From the NCBI GenBank assembly GCA_903839725.1, contig CAIMDG010000001.1, positions 173,559 through 233,314 on the forward strand: a stretch of DNA of 59,756 bases. The letters run 5' to 3'. A program made the translations under genes and the position numbers. Of the stretch, positions 36,964 to 45,220 are shown piece by piece (the stretch's first letter is position 1; every line of letters starts with the position of its first letter). The notes beneath the pieces were generated by a model. The model worked only from the letters and a program-made list of their open reading frames with translations, was not told the DNA's origin and did not search any database. Origin of the DNA: an uncultured bacterium (GTDB taxonomy: Bacteria > Patescibacteriota > Minisyncoccia > Phycocordibacterales > PALSA-1337).

Positions 36964-37372
36964 TTTCTTTTTGAGTAAGTACGACCACTCCTATGCGTTC
37001 AGTTTTGTTAACCTCGAATGATAGAGGTACCTTTCCGTCAACTCGATCAATGATCATTGTTGCCGCTTTCAGGTTGCCGTCGACAGCCATCATCACAATC
37101 TTTTTGACAATAAGTTCGTCAAAATTAACCTTTTGACCATCTTTGGTAACGCCTCCAATCTTACGGATCGCATCCCTGAACATTGTGCTGAAATGTCTGG
37201 TACCAAGAGGCTTTCCCGAGTTACCTGACGAAAACTGCCCTGTGATAGGGTCTCTGCCCGTATTTTCACCGTATTTACGGTCATTTGGAGCCTCTATCGT
37301 AGTATCATTTTTCGTCTTCGGAGCCTCCAAAAGGAGCACTTTTGGCTGATTGTTTTCATTCGGTTGATTCAT
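36833..37372 (-). CDS. Terminase small subunit candidate
   Basis: GNSGKPLGTRHF...LIVKKIVMMAVDGNLKAATMIIDRVDGKVP resembles small terminase/DUF5681-type proteins. The ATG at 37372 (MNQPNENN) is preferred. Confidence 0.45.
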   Translation of the reverse strand: MNQPNENNQPKVLLLEAPKTKNDTTIEAPNDRKYGENTGRDPITGQFSSGNSGKPLGTRHFSTMFRDAIRKIGGVTKDGQKVNFDELIVKKIVMMAVDGNLKAATMIIDRVDGKVPLSFEVNKTERIGVVVLTQKEIEEHEGMFKRHDKSRTNNNTSASDNRGSQDSSGITEGSAYESR

Positions 37373-38684
37373 TCTCGTATAGTGTCTTTTTCCATACTTC
37401 TGGCTGACCATTTCGGACCACAGACTCAATTCCTGTGTAATCGACCCATCGTTGAACAACGACATCCACAAACTTAGGATCAAGCTCTATACCGACACAA
37501 ACTCTGCCAGTTTTTTCGCAGGCTATGAGAGTGCTACCACTTCCAAGGAAAGGGTCAGCGATTAAGTCTTCAGCTTTGGAGCTATTGAAGAGTGCGTACG
37601 TGATGAGTTCGACCGGCTTCTGCGTTGGGTGCAGATACTCATTCACTTTGTCTCTTTTCATTGTCCAAATTGTGAGCTTTCCCTCTGTCTCGAGTTTCTT
37701 TTGTCGCTTTGCCCAATTGAGAATCTTCTGTTCACTGTCATGGAAGTCGAGAATTGTGCTGTGAGTTCTATCTCCATAAAACACCGCTTTTACTCCTTCT
37801 TTTGAAGCGTAGAAAAATGGTTCGTGCTTCCATCGATAGTCACCCCAACCCATCGATGCTGTCGGCTTATTCCATATCAGTTGATTGTGGACCGACATTC
37901 CATTTTTCTTTAGAGCTGATTCAAACTGTGACTGCGTTGAAGTTGAATGAAAGACGTACCAACCTGCACCTGCTTTTGTCATCTCGGCGATACAGCCGAA
38001 AACTCCATCAAGGAACACATCGAATACCTTTTCTTCCATATCATCATTCATGATTCCCTCGCTCGTATTCTTTCCTCTGCCTGAATAATTTACGTTGTAT
38101 GGTGGATCAGTGAATACGCAGTCAGCCTTTCTGCCAAGCATTACCTTTTCCCATGCTTCTTTGTTTGTTGAGTCTCCACAAGTCAAAGTATGCGGACCGA
38201 GCTGATACACGTCGCCGAGTTTACTTTTTGGCTCGACAGGACTTTCTGGGACCACATCATCATTCTCATCATCTTCAAGTATCAAATCTCTTTCAAATCC
38301 TGTAATGGTGATATCAAAACCTGTAGCATCCAAATCTTTGAGTTCATCAACCACCAATCTCATATCTTGCCCAGTAAGTGCATTGAGTTGATTGTCGGCC
38401 AAGCGATACGCTTTTATTTCTTCTTCAGTCAGGTCATCTGCCATGACGTAAGGAATCACCGGTTCGCCTTTCTTCGTATACGCTTTCTGTTCAAGCATTG
38501 TGTATCCTAGTAATTCAGTCATTGCAAGGAATCTTCCATGACCTGCAACAATAACGCCATTCTTATCTATCACAATTGGCTGTTTGCATCCGAATGCCTT
38601 GATACTATTTGCGATCTTCTCAAGATGCCATGTCGGATGTTCCTTGGCATTCTTATCGTATGGTTTTATTTCTGTGATTTGCAT
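37356..38684 (-). CDS. ParB-like nuclease domain fused to an N6/N4 DNA methyltransferase
   Basis: ParB-N motif (IVIDKNGVIVAGHGR), then DPPYNVNY (motif IV) and the C-terminal AdoMet motif DPFLGSGSTLIA. The ATG at 38684 lies 4 nt after the upstream stop. Confidence 0.85.
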   Translation of the reverse strand: MQITEIKPYDKNAKEHPTWHLEKIANSIKAFGCKQPIVIDKNGVIVAGHGRFLAMTELLGYTMLEQKAYTKKGEPVIPYVMADDLTEEEIKAYRLADNQLNALTGQDMRLVVDELKDLDATGFDITITGFERDLILEDDENDDVVPESPVEPKSKLGDVYQLGPHTLTCGDSTNKEAWEKVMLGRKADCVFTDPPYNVNYSGRGKNTSEGIMNDDMEEKVFDVFLDGVFGCIAEMTKAGAGWYVFHSTSTQSQFESALKKNGMSVHNQLIWNKPTASMGWGDYRWKHEPFFYASKEGVKAVFYGDRTHSTILDFHDSEQKILNWAKRQKKLETEGKLTIWTMKRDKVNEYLHPTQKPVELITYALFNSSKAEDLIADPFLGSGSTLIACEKTGRVCVGIELDPKFVDVVVQRWVDYTGIESVVRNGQPEVWKKTLYENESTE

Positions 38685-38688
38685 ATAT

Positions 38689-39078
38689 TTATTTTTCCAT
38701 CCATCCGACCATGCTCGATTCATTGCAGGCACCGACCTTGCCGTTATCTCCCATGTATTCATATGCAGGCTTACCGCTTTCTTGCGGAAGTATCCCAATC
38801 ACCAATCTCTCATCGCCTTTCTTGTTTCTGCATATTGTGCCGAACGTATATGCCAGTCTTTGGTCTGGATTCTTCTTTTCAAAGTGATTCCTCAAAGCGG
38901 CAAAGAATTCTCCTTGGACCGTCTCAAGATATACAATGATCGCTTCCTGATGTTCTGTTTTGAAAATCGGAAGTAGTCCATGAGCTCCAATGATCCACGC
39001 ACTCACGAAGTCAGGACGGGCGGCGAGGAATCGTGCAGATAGGCTCAGTGGATTTCTTTCTTTAATTTCTTTAGTCAT
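38689..39078 (-). CDS. Phage hypothetical protein
   Basis: 129-aa ORF, tightly packed between neighbours. Confidence 0.55.
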   Translation of the reverse strand: MTKEIKERNPLSLSARFLAARPDFVSAWIIGAHGLLPIFKTEHQEAIIVYLETVQGEFFAALRNHFEKKNPDQRLAYTFGTICRNKKGDERLVIGILPQESGKPAYEYMGDNGKVGACNESSMVGWMEK

Positions 39079-39080
39079 AT

Positions 39081-39500
39081 TTATTTTATTTGTTGATTGT
39101 TAATTGAATCTGATTCAAGAATCTTTGCGCAGAAACTACATCGTTTAATCCACCGAACGTGCTGACAATTTTTGTGACGCTGTTGCTCTGCTAGATTGCG
39201 AATGTACTCGTACGAACCCTCTACTAGTTTTTTCTTTTTCTCTTTTGTATCTCGATACGTCGTATCTAAATATCTGACCTTTTCTTTTCTCCTGTAAATG
39301 ACAGCAACTTTTTCGGGCATAAGCTCAGGTACTTTTCTTTTCCTGACCCATCCCCTTTTTCTTATATGAAAAACAACGGAGTCTCTATGGAGTCGAAAAT
39401 ATACAGAGAGCCATTCAACTTTCCACCCCAACTCCTCGTAGTGTCTTTGAATGTTTTTAAGCTGACGAGAACTTAATTTGTAATTTCGATGTTTCTTCAT
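39081..39500 (-). CDS. Phage hypothetical basic protein with C-terminal Cys pairs
   Basis: 139 aa. C-terminal CQHVRWIKRCSFC. Overlaps the Dcm stop by 4 nt. Confidence 0.55.
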   Translation of the reverse strand: MKKHRNYKLSSRQLKNIQRHYEELGWKVEWLSVYFRLHRDSVVFHIRKRGWVRKRKVPELMPEKVAVIYRRKEKVRYLDTTYRDTKEKKKKLVEGSYEYIRNLAEQQRHKNCQHVRWIKRCSFCAKILESDSINNQQIK

Positions 39501-40636
39501 AGGAGTTTTTGCATGATTGCTTGGACCGCATTTACAGTCACAGCATTACCGAGGCATTTGTATCTTTGAGTATCGCTGACTCCTTCAGTCCATCCATCAG
39601 GGAATCCTTGGAGTCTTTCACATTCTTTAGGAGTGAGTCTGCGGATCTTTATCTTCTTGGACCAGACTATCGGCGTCTGACCTCCCCCCATTCCCATTGC
39701 TTGAGTGAGTGTCGGTGATATTCCGTCTTTTCGTGCTTTCTGATGTGCCTGAAGTCCACCTACCGCATAGAGTCCTGTCTTTGCACCTAGTCCGCCTGCT
39801 TGGCTTGCGATCGTGGTTGATATTCCCTTCGGGTCATAGACTCGGTTTCCTTGGCTTCCGCCTATGATTTGACGTGGCGATCTTTTACCAACATAAGTTC
39901 CGTTTGAATCTGCGGTAACACGTGTCGTGATGGTTGGTAGGACAATATCCTCGCTGTTGTTTTCTGTGAAAGGAAATATTTTTGGTCTGGACGTGCCTCT
40001 AAGATGTCCGACAATGAACACGCGCTCCCGATTCTGAGGGACTCCGAAATTCTTAGAGTTAAGCACCTGCCACTGAACGTCGTACCCCAGTTTAGTAAGC
40101 GTGGCGATAATGGTTTTGAAAGTACTGCCATTGTCATGAGATAGCAGTCCTTTGACGTTTTCCAAAAGGAATAGCCTTGGCTTTTTACTTCTGAGAATGC
40201 GTGCGATGTCAAAAAAAAGCGTACCTCTTGTGTCTTTGAAGCCCTTCCTTTTTCCAGCAATCGAGAAAGCCTGGCACGGAAAACCTCCGACCAATAGATC
40301 GAAGTCGGGTAGCTTATTTGGTTTGATTTTTTTAATGTCTCCATAGTTTTTGTGATCTGAGAAGTGTCTTTGATAGATTTCGGTGGCGTACTTATCAATC
40401 TCCGAGTATCCGACACAAGCAAGCGATTCTTGTCGTGAGCCACTGCAGTGATCGTGTTTGCCAATCCGTCCTCTCTCGGGACCAACACTTTCAGATTTCT
40501 TGTATCCTTTACCACTCCTAGTCTTCGTAGTTGCTTCGCTTCTTCCGTTCTTCGTTCTGTTAGCTGTTTCCACATATGCGTTGTGTATTCCAAGCTCGAA
40601 TCCGCCAATGCCGGAGAATAAGCTGAAGTACTTCAT
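39497..40636 (-). CDS. Phage DNA (cytosine-5) methyltransferase
   Basis: FSLFSGIGGFELG, GGFPCQAFSIAGKRKGFKDTRGTLFF, ENVKGLL and QNRERVFIVG are present. An insert of about 50 aa, rich in basic residues, lies between motif I and motif II. Confidence 0.9.
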   Translation of the reverse strand: MKYFSLFSGIGGFELGIHNAYVETANRTKNGRSEATTKTRSGKGYKKSESVGPERGRIGKHDHCSGSRQESLACVGYSEIDKYATEIYQRHFSDHKNYGDIKKIKPNKLPDFDLLVGGFPCQAFSIAGKRKGFKDTRGTLFFDIARILRSKKPRLFLLENVKGLLSHDNGSTFKTIIATLTKLGYDVQWQVLNSKNFGVPQNRERVFIVGHLRGTSRPKIFPFTENNSEDIVLPTITTRVTADSNGTYVGKRSPRQIIGGSQGNRVYDPKGISTTIASQAGGLGAKTGLYAVGGLQAHQKARKDGISPTLTQAMGMGGGQTPIVWSKKIKIRRLTPKECERLQGFPDGWTEGVSDTQRYKCLGNAVTVNAVQAIMQKLL

Positions 40637-41052
40637 CAGGCATTAATGGTGATACTTATTTCTACTCGACCTTTTGAATCTGGTGCATAATCAGATTCGA
40701 AACTTCCATCTAGGAACTTATCGTTTTTGAATAGAGCGTCAGCGATACCTTTGAAGACATTGTCAGGATCGGCATGCAGTCCATTCATCCAGAAAATCTT
40801 TATGTCCATTCGTGCTTTTTCTGAAGCGGTTGTTGTCAGTGGCTGGTCATCTAGGAGAATCTGTTTGCCATCGCACATTACGAATTCTGGATATCCTTTG
40901 TAGAAACATCTTCGTACGTAACTTTTCCATGCATGATATTTCTTTGCTCCTGGAAGCCACAAAGCTCTACCAACTACACGAACGTACGGGACAGGATTAC
41001 CGTAGATATCTTCTGGGTTCCCCTTTATAGTGAATTGAATTGTTTTCTTCAT
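40636..41052 (-). CDS. rusA: RusA-like Holliday junction resolvase
   Basis: 138 aa. DPDNVFKGIADALF matches the RusA DxDNxxKxxxDAL catalytic motif. Confidence 0.7.
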   Translation of the reverse strand: MKKTIQFTIKGNPEDIYGNPVPYVRVVGRALWLPGAKKYHAWKSYVRRCFYKGYPEFVMCDGKQILLDDQPLTTTASEKARMDIKIFWMNGLHADPDNVFKGIADALFKNDKFLDGSFESDYAPDSKGRVEISITINA

Positions 41053-41057
41053 TTTTA

Positions 41058-41618
41058 TTAATAGTTATTTTTGTTAATGCTCATGTGTCTTGTGATCTCC
41101 CCCATGCGTTCCCTGAAGTTATCCACAGGATGCCTAATACTAGGTTTCTCTTTTTTCTCTAGGTTTTGTGTGTTAAATCTTTTAACCAGTTTTGGTAAAG
41201 AGCGTTTACCACTTTTGGTTAACTCTCTTAACTGGTTAATTTCGTTTACTACTTTATCCACATCCATATGCAGGTTTAATTTGTAGCGATTTCCTTTGGA
41301 CCGTTGCTGTACAGAAATAACTCCAACCTTGATGAGATTTTGAAGTGCGGAATTGACTGATGGTCTAGATAGTCCAGTACCAAAATCTAAGCGCTTGCCT
41401 TGGCTAGTTTTGATACCATTTTCAAACTGAGTAAAACTTATATTGTCTTCATGTTTATGGAATCCGAAAGTGCGTCTGCATATGTAAAGTAAGCATCGAG
41501 CTTCCGCCTCGGAGATTCGAGGAAGAATAAGATCCAAAATAATATTTGGAATCTGCGAACTGTTTGGTATTAAATTTTGTTTTTGGTCATCCATAGGTTT
41601 TTGAAGAGAGAGAAGCAT
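41058..41618 (-). CDS. Phage replication initiator-like winged-helix protein
   Basis: ARCLLYICRRTFGFHK...GLSRPSVNSALQNLIKVGVISV resembles the replication protein O / DnaD-like N-terminal wHTH. The start may instead be the ATG at 41594. Confidence 0.5.
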   Translation of the reverse strand: MLLSLQKPMDDQKQNLIPNSSQIPNIILDLILPRISEAEARCLLYICRRTFGFHKHEDNISFTQFENGIKTSQGKRLDFGTGLSRPSVNSALQNLIKVGVISVQQRSKGNRYKLNLHMDVDKVVNEINQLRELTKSGKRSLPKLVKRFNTQNLEKKEKPSIRHPVDNFRERMGEITRHMSINKNNY

Positions 41619-41699
41619 CGATTGCTCGATGTTTCTTCTCTGGTTATTGGGGGCTTAGCCCCCGATCTCAGCCCTCATACCACTGCGATCAGGGCTGAG
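41611..41699 (-). other. Cluster of three GC-rich stem-loops in the phage replication module
   Basis: Three stems: 11 bp (41611-41636), 6 bp gggggc/gccccc (41649-41663) and 9 bp ctcagccct/agggctgag (41667-41699). Confidence 0.5.
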
Positions 41700-41722
41700 T
41701 CAGTGGCCAAGCTACTTAGTTT

Positions 41723-42910
41723 TTACTTGCCACTCTTTTCTCCAGCCTTTGCTGTCGATTTCTTTGGCTTCTCGACCTTTGAATCTCTGAGTTCCTTATC
41801 AAACTTCTGGTCAGGAGTTAGTTCAGGCGGAAGTTCGTTTTTTGTTTCAGCAATCTTCTTTTGAACAAATTCCTGAACCCTTGCATATCCATCCTCTAGG
41901 ACATCTGGTCGCATTGCTTCAATGGCGGACCAGCTTCTTGTCTGGAAGGCATACTCAAGTGCATCAGTTTTGTTTTTCTTTTCCTGCGCACCGCTACTTG
42001 GCCAGACTGATACAAGGTATCCCTCGATTTCTTCTAGCCAACGCTTTCTTTCGAGGACCCACTTACGCTTGTCTTCCTCGGTTCGGATCAGCTCTCCGGC
42101 ATCCCTCTCCGTAGGGCTAAAACGGGCTATTGCGGGGTTTTTGATGACTGCCTCGATTGCTGGTGCGAAGTCCTCATAAGTTGGGTTTTTAAAGACCTTT
42201 CCATCAAGGAGATTGCCTCGTCCTTTGAGGACCGTTGCTTGTCGCCAAACCTCACGCTTTTTGCTTTGAATGAGTTCGTGTCGTTCCATAAGTACCAAGA
42301 CATCGAATTCGTATGCCGCGTTCTTTTCCGCTTGCATCTTTACTCCTGTCTTAGTAAATTCTTTGCGACCATCCTCATCTACTTCTTGCTCCATTCGATC
42401 TGACACACGTCCTGTGGCAATGATATGGATTGGTGATTGAACCAATGGGATCGAGAAGTTTCGATTCCAGTCGGATTTGATCGCCATCCAATCCTGAATC
42501 TGAAAATTCTGACGATTCAGTTTACGTTTGTAAGCTTCCTGAAAATCCATCCAGATGTGAGTGATACTATCGATTACCATCACATCGGAATAACCTTCCG
42601 TGCAGAGCTTCATTGCTGTTACCAAATCAGCTAGTGAGTGTGTCTCTCTGACCATTGCAGTAATCCCATGTTCCTCAAAAAGAGGCACAAGGAATTTTGC
42701 AGCTTTCTCGGTATCAATGAGCACTACTGGTTTCTTACTTCCGATCTTCTTGTGGAGACCTATTGCTACCAATGCGGCAGACCAACTTTTACCTGTACCT
42801 GGCTCTCCTTCAAATGCCGCCTTGAAGTAGGGCTTTGTGTTTCCGATGGCAGTGAAGAAACTTTCTTCTTTTGTTGCGATCGGAACGTGACTTCGTTCTT
42901 GTGTTTGCAT
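41723..42910 (-). CDS. Phage AAA/RecA-like ATPase (Sak4/AAA_24-like)
   Basis: Walker A GEPGTGKS and Walker B-like VMVIDSITHIW. C-terminal charged extension. Confidence 0.7.
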   Translation of the reverse strand: MQTQERSHVPIATKEESFFTAIGNTKPYFKAAFEGEPGTGKSWSAALVAIGLHKKIGSKKPVVLIDTEKAAKFLVPLFEEHGITAMVRETHSLADLVTAMKLCTEGYSDVMVIDSITHIWMDFQEAYKRKLNRQNFQIQDWMAIKSDWNRNFSIPLVQSPIHIIATGRVSDRMEQEVDEDGRKEFTKTGVKMQAEKNAAYEFDVLVLMERHELIQSKKREVWRQATVLKGRGNLLDGKVFKNPTYEDFAPAIEAVIKNPAIARFSPTERDAGELIRTEEDKRKWVLERKRWLEEIEGYLVSVWPSSGAQEKKNKTDALEYAFQTRSWSAIEAMRPDVLEDGYARVQEFVQKKIAETKNELPPELTPDQKFDKELRDSKVEKPKKSTAKAGEKSGK

Positions 42911-42984
42911 AATTTTTGCTTGACTCGACGAAGGGGTTCTTGATACTATGTATCTGTCATAAGGGCTCCCTCGTCGGGGGTCTT

Positions 42985-43281
42985 TTATTTTTTAAATAAC
43001 TTAGTAATTCTTTTGTCAGCCTCTGCTAACATCGTTTTGTTAATCTGACTCATGATTTCTGTGAACAATCCGTCACGAATAATTCCGTGTGCCATAACGA
43101 CTGCTTTCTCGTTTTCAGCATCAAGATTGGTCAGTTTTCCCATGATGTCTCCGGTGAATTCCGCTACTTCGTCGAGCATGTGAGCTAGGATCTGTTCATC
43201 AACAATTGCTGGTGCCTTATCCTTCACTAACTTCACCGCCTCTCTCGACAAAGTTTTCATTTTTTCTTGTGATGGTGTCAT
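42985..43281 (-). CDS. Phage hypothetical protein
   Basis: 98-aa helical ORF. Overlaps the upstream gene by 65 nt, so the start is uncertain. Confidence 0.45.
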   Translation of the reverse strand: MTPSQEKMKTLSREAVKLVKDKAPAIVDEQILAHMLDEVAEFTGDIMGKLTNLDAENEKAVVMAHGIIRDGLFTEIMSQINKTMLAEADKRITKLFKK

Positions 43282-43531
43282 TTAATGATTCTTGGATTCG
43301 TTGCTTTCTGATTTCCTCTTTTTCCTTGAGCTGTATTTGTCTCTCTCGGCTAAGAGGCACATTCTTATTCAATCGAATCTCTTTGGGTTGATAATCGATA
43401 TCGACTAGATCGCCTATGCTGAGTCGATATTTTTCTGTAAGCCATTTACCTTCTAGGATTAAAGCTGGTATGCCATATCTTCGGTAAGTAACGACTCGAG
43501 TGGTTCTTAGTTTTTGTTTCATTGCTAGCAT
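43217..43531 (-). CDS. SymE/AbrB-fold (SpoVT-type) DNA-binding protein
   Basis: YRRYGIPALILEGKWLTEKYRLSIGDLVDIDYQPKEIRL matches the SymE/AbrB-like swapped-hairpin pattern. Confidence 0.55.
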   Translation of the reverse strand: MLAMKQKLRTTRVVTYRRYGIPALILEGKWLTEKYRLSIGDLVDIDYQPKEIRLNKNVPLSRERQIQLKEKEEIRKQRIQESLNDTITRKNENFVERGGEVSEG

Positions 43532-43575
43532 CTGCCATGTACCGTGGCTGATCCCTTTTGGGACAATGATTTTGA

Positions 43576-43938
43576 TTACCTACATTTCTTTCGAATATCG
43601 AATGATTGAGGATAGAGTCCTTTTTCCTTAAACAAGAGATCTACCAAGTGAGCGTCACCTTTTATTCCGACATGCCACTGGTTTACCTCGTGGATCGGAC
43701 GATATTCTTTGTAGTCGTATATGGTTAGAACCATTGGGCGTTTCTTGTTTGTCGACTTGAAAGCCCATTCAACCCGAGTCTTTTCATCAGAGGACCGCCA
43801 TTCTCCCTCTTGGGTACGGTCATGAGGCATCCCCAACTTATCCACAAGCTCCGGATACGAGATGTGCAGGTATCCATGAAAGCCTGAGTGGATCGTGTCT
43901 CTGTTTGTGGCTGGTTTGAACTTCGATGTAGATTTCAT
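43576..43938 (-). CDS. Phage hypothetical protein (first gene of the early arm)
   Basis: 120-aa ORF. Only about 50 nt separate its start from the ychF terminator. Confidence 0.55.
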   Translation of the reverse strand: MKSTSKFKPATNRDTIHSGFHGYLHISYPELVDKLGMPHDRTQEGEWRSSDEKTRVEWAFKSTNKKRPMVLTIYDYKEYRPIHEVNQWHVGIKGDAHLVDLLFKEKGLYPQSFDIRKKCR

Positions 43939-43991
43939 AATCGTTTAATTTTGCTAATAAATTTTCGACCTTTGCAGACGGGACCGGCAAT

Positions 43992-44021
43992 AAAAAAAAT
44001 CGCCGATTTTCATCGACGATT
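43992..44021 (-). terminator. Rho-independent terminator of ychF
   Basis: On the minus strand: 10-bp stem aatcgtcgat / atcggcgatt (one G-U pair) with a GAAA loop, then T8. Confidence 0.75.
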
Positions 44022-44084
44022 CTCAGTTATTATTTTGTTGTTTTAGGCGCTTTTTTGCTTATTTTGGCCTAGAAGATGGTGGTG

Positions 44085-45182
44085 TTATATCTTGAACTCC
44101 ATCACCTCCCCATCTTTCACAATATACTCTTTACCTTCTGTTCTGAGTAATCCTTTTTCACGCGCAGCACCAAAAGAACCCGACTCAATGAGTTTGTCCC
44201 ATTCAATAACCTCAGCACGAATAAATTTATCTTTGAAATCTCCATGAATTGCAGTACCAGCCATCGGTGCAGTCCATCCACGTCCAATCGTCCATGCACG
44301 AGTCTCTTTTTCGCCAGTTGTAAAATATGTAATTAAATTCAAAAGCTCATATCCTTTCTTGATGAGGTTATCAATACCATCGTCTTTAGCGCCGAGACCC
44401 TCACGCATTTCCTTTTTATCAGTCCCCTCGAAATCTTTAAGCTCTTGTTCTATTCCCGCATCAACGACCACCCAACTTGCCTTTGAACTATTCAAAAATG
44501 CGAGCAATGCATCCCAGCGTGCATCCTTGAGCTCATCAAGGTTCTTACCGCCTGATTTCTTATTCAAGACATACATGAATGGCTTCGAGGTCAACAAGTG
44601 GAGTGATTTCAAGAATGGTAGTTCGAATTCATCAACAGCGACACTTGAAGCGAGCTTGCCATTTTCGAGTGCAGGTTTAAGTTTTTCAAGCAAGCCACTC
44701 TCGATAATAGCCTCCTTTTTACCCGCACGAACTTCTTTGCCAACATTAACTATACGCTTTGAGACAGTCTGCAAATCGGCAAGAATGAGTTCGAGGTTGA
44801 TAACTTCGATATCTGAAAGTGGATTGACCTTACCATCGACGTGAATAATATTGTCATCCTCAAATATACGAACAACTTCAGCAATAGCATCTGTTTCGCG
44901 AATGTTGGTCAAGAATTGGTTGCCGAGACCTTCACCAGCTGATGCACCTTTCACGAGACCAGCAATATCAACAAATTCTACAACTGCAGGAACAATTTTC
45001 TGTGTCTTTGAAAATTCTGAGAGTTTATACAGACGTTCATCTGGCACAGGAACAACGCCGACTGATGGATCAATCGTTGCAAATGGATAGTTAGCAACAA
45101 GTACACTCTTTTTGGTAAGAGCGTTAAAGAGGGTTGATTTTCCGACGTTTGGTAAGCCGACGATGCCGATGGATAGTGACAT
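44085..45182 (-). CDS. ychF: Ribosome-binding ATPase YchF
   Basis: GIVGLPNVGKSTLFNALT (G1), DIAGLVKGAS (G3), and a C-terminal TGS-like region ending VKDGEVMEFKI. Confidence 0.9.
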   Translation of the reverse strand: MSLSIGIVGLPNVGKSTLFNALTKKSVLVANYPFATIDPSVGVVPVPDERLYKLSEFSKTQKIVPAVVEFVDIAGLVKGASAGEGLGNQFLTNIRETDAIAEVVRIFEDDNIIHVDGKVNPLSDIEVINLELILADLQTVSKRIVNVGKEVRAGKKEAIIESGLLEKLKPALENGKLASSVAVDEFELPFLKSLHLLTSKPFMYVLNKKSGGKNLDELKDARWDALLAFLNSSKASWVVVDAGIEQELKDFEGTDKKEMREGLGAKDDGIDNLIKKGYELLNLITYFTTGEKETRAWTIGRGWTAPMAGTAIHGDFKDKFIRAEVIEWDKLIESGSFGAAREKGLLRTEGKEYIVKDGEVMEFKI

Positions 45183-45220
45183 AGGCGCTTAGCATAGCAA
45201 AAATATGTCTATATACCAAA

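Larger units (their letters stand above)
7526..43938. mobile_element. Possible composite integrated element (integrase + cargo island + prophage)
   Basis: Nearly all genes are on the minus strand between leuS and the ychF terminator. The integrase is at one end and the phage early genes at the other. No convincing att repeats were found. Confidence 0.4.
19279..43938 (-). mobile_element. Podovirus-like prophage, about 24.7 kb
   Basis: Collinear minus-strand modules in the order early/replication, methylases, terminase, portal, scaffold, capsid, tail, internal proteins and lysis. Tight or overlapping gene junctions throughout. Confidence 0.8.

Noticed and set aside
41649-41699. tRNA-like gene in the phage replication spacer
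   Set aside because: The stems have 3-nt and 15-nt loops, and there is no acceptor, D or T arm arrangement.
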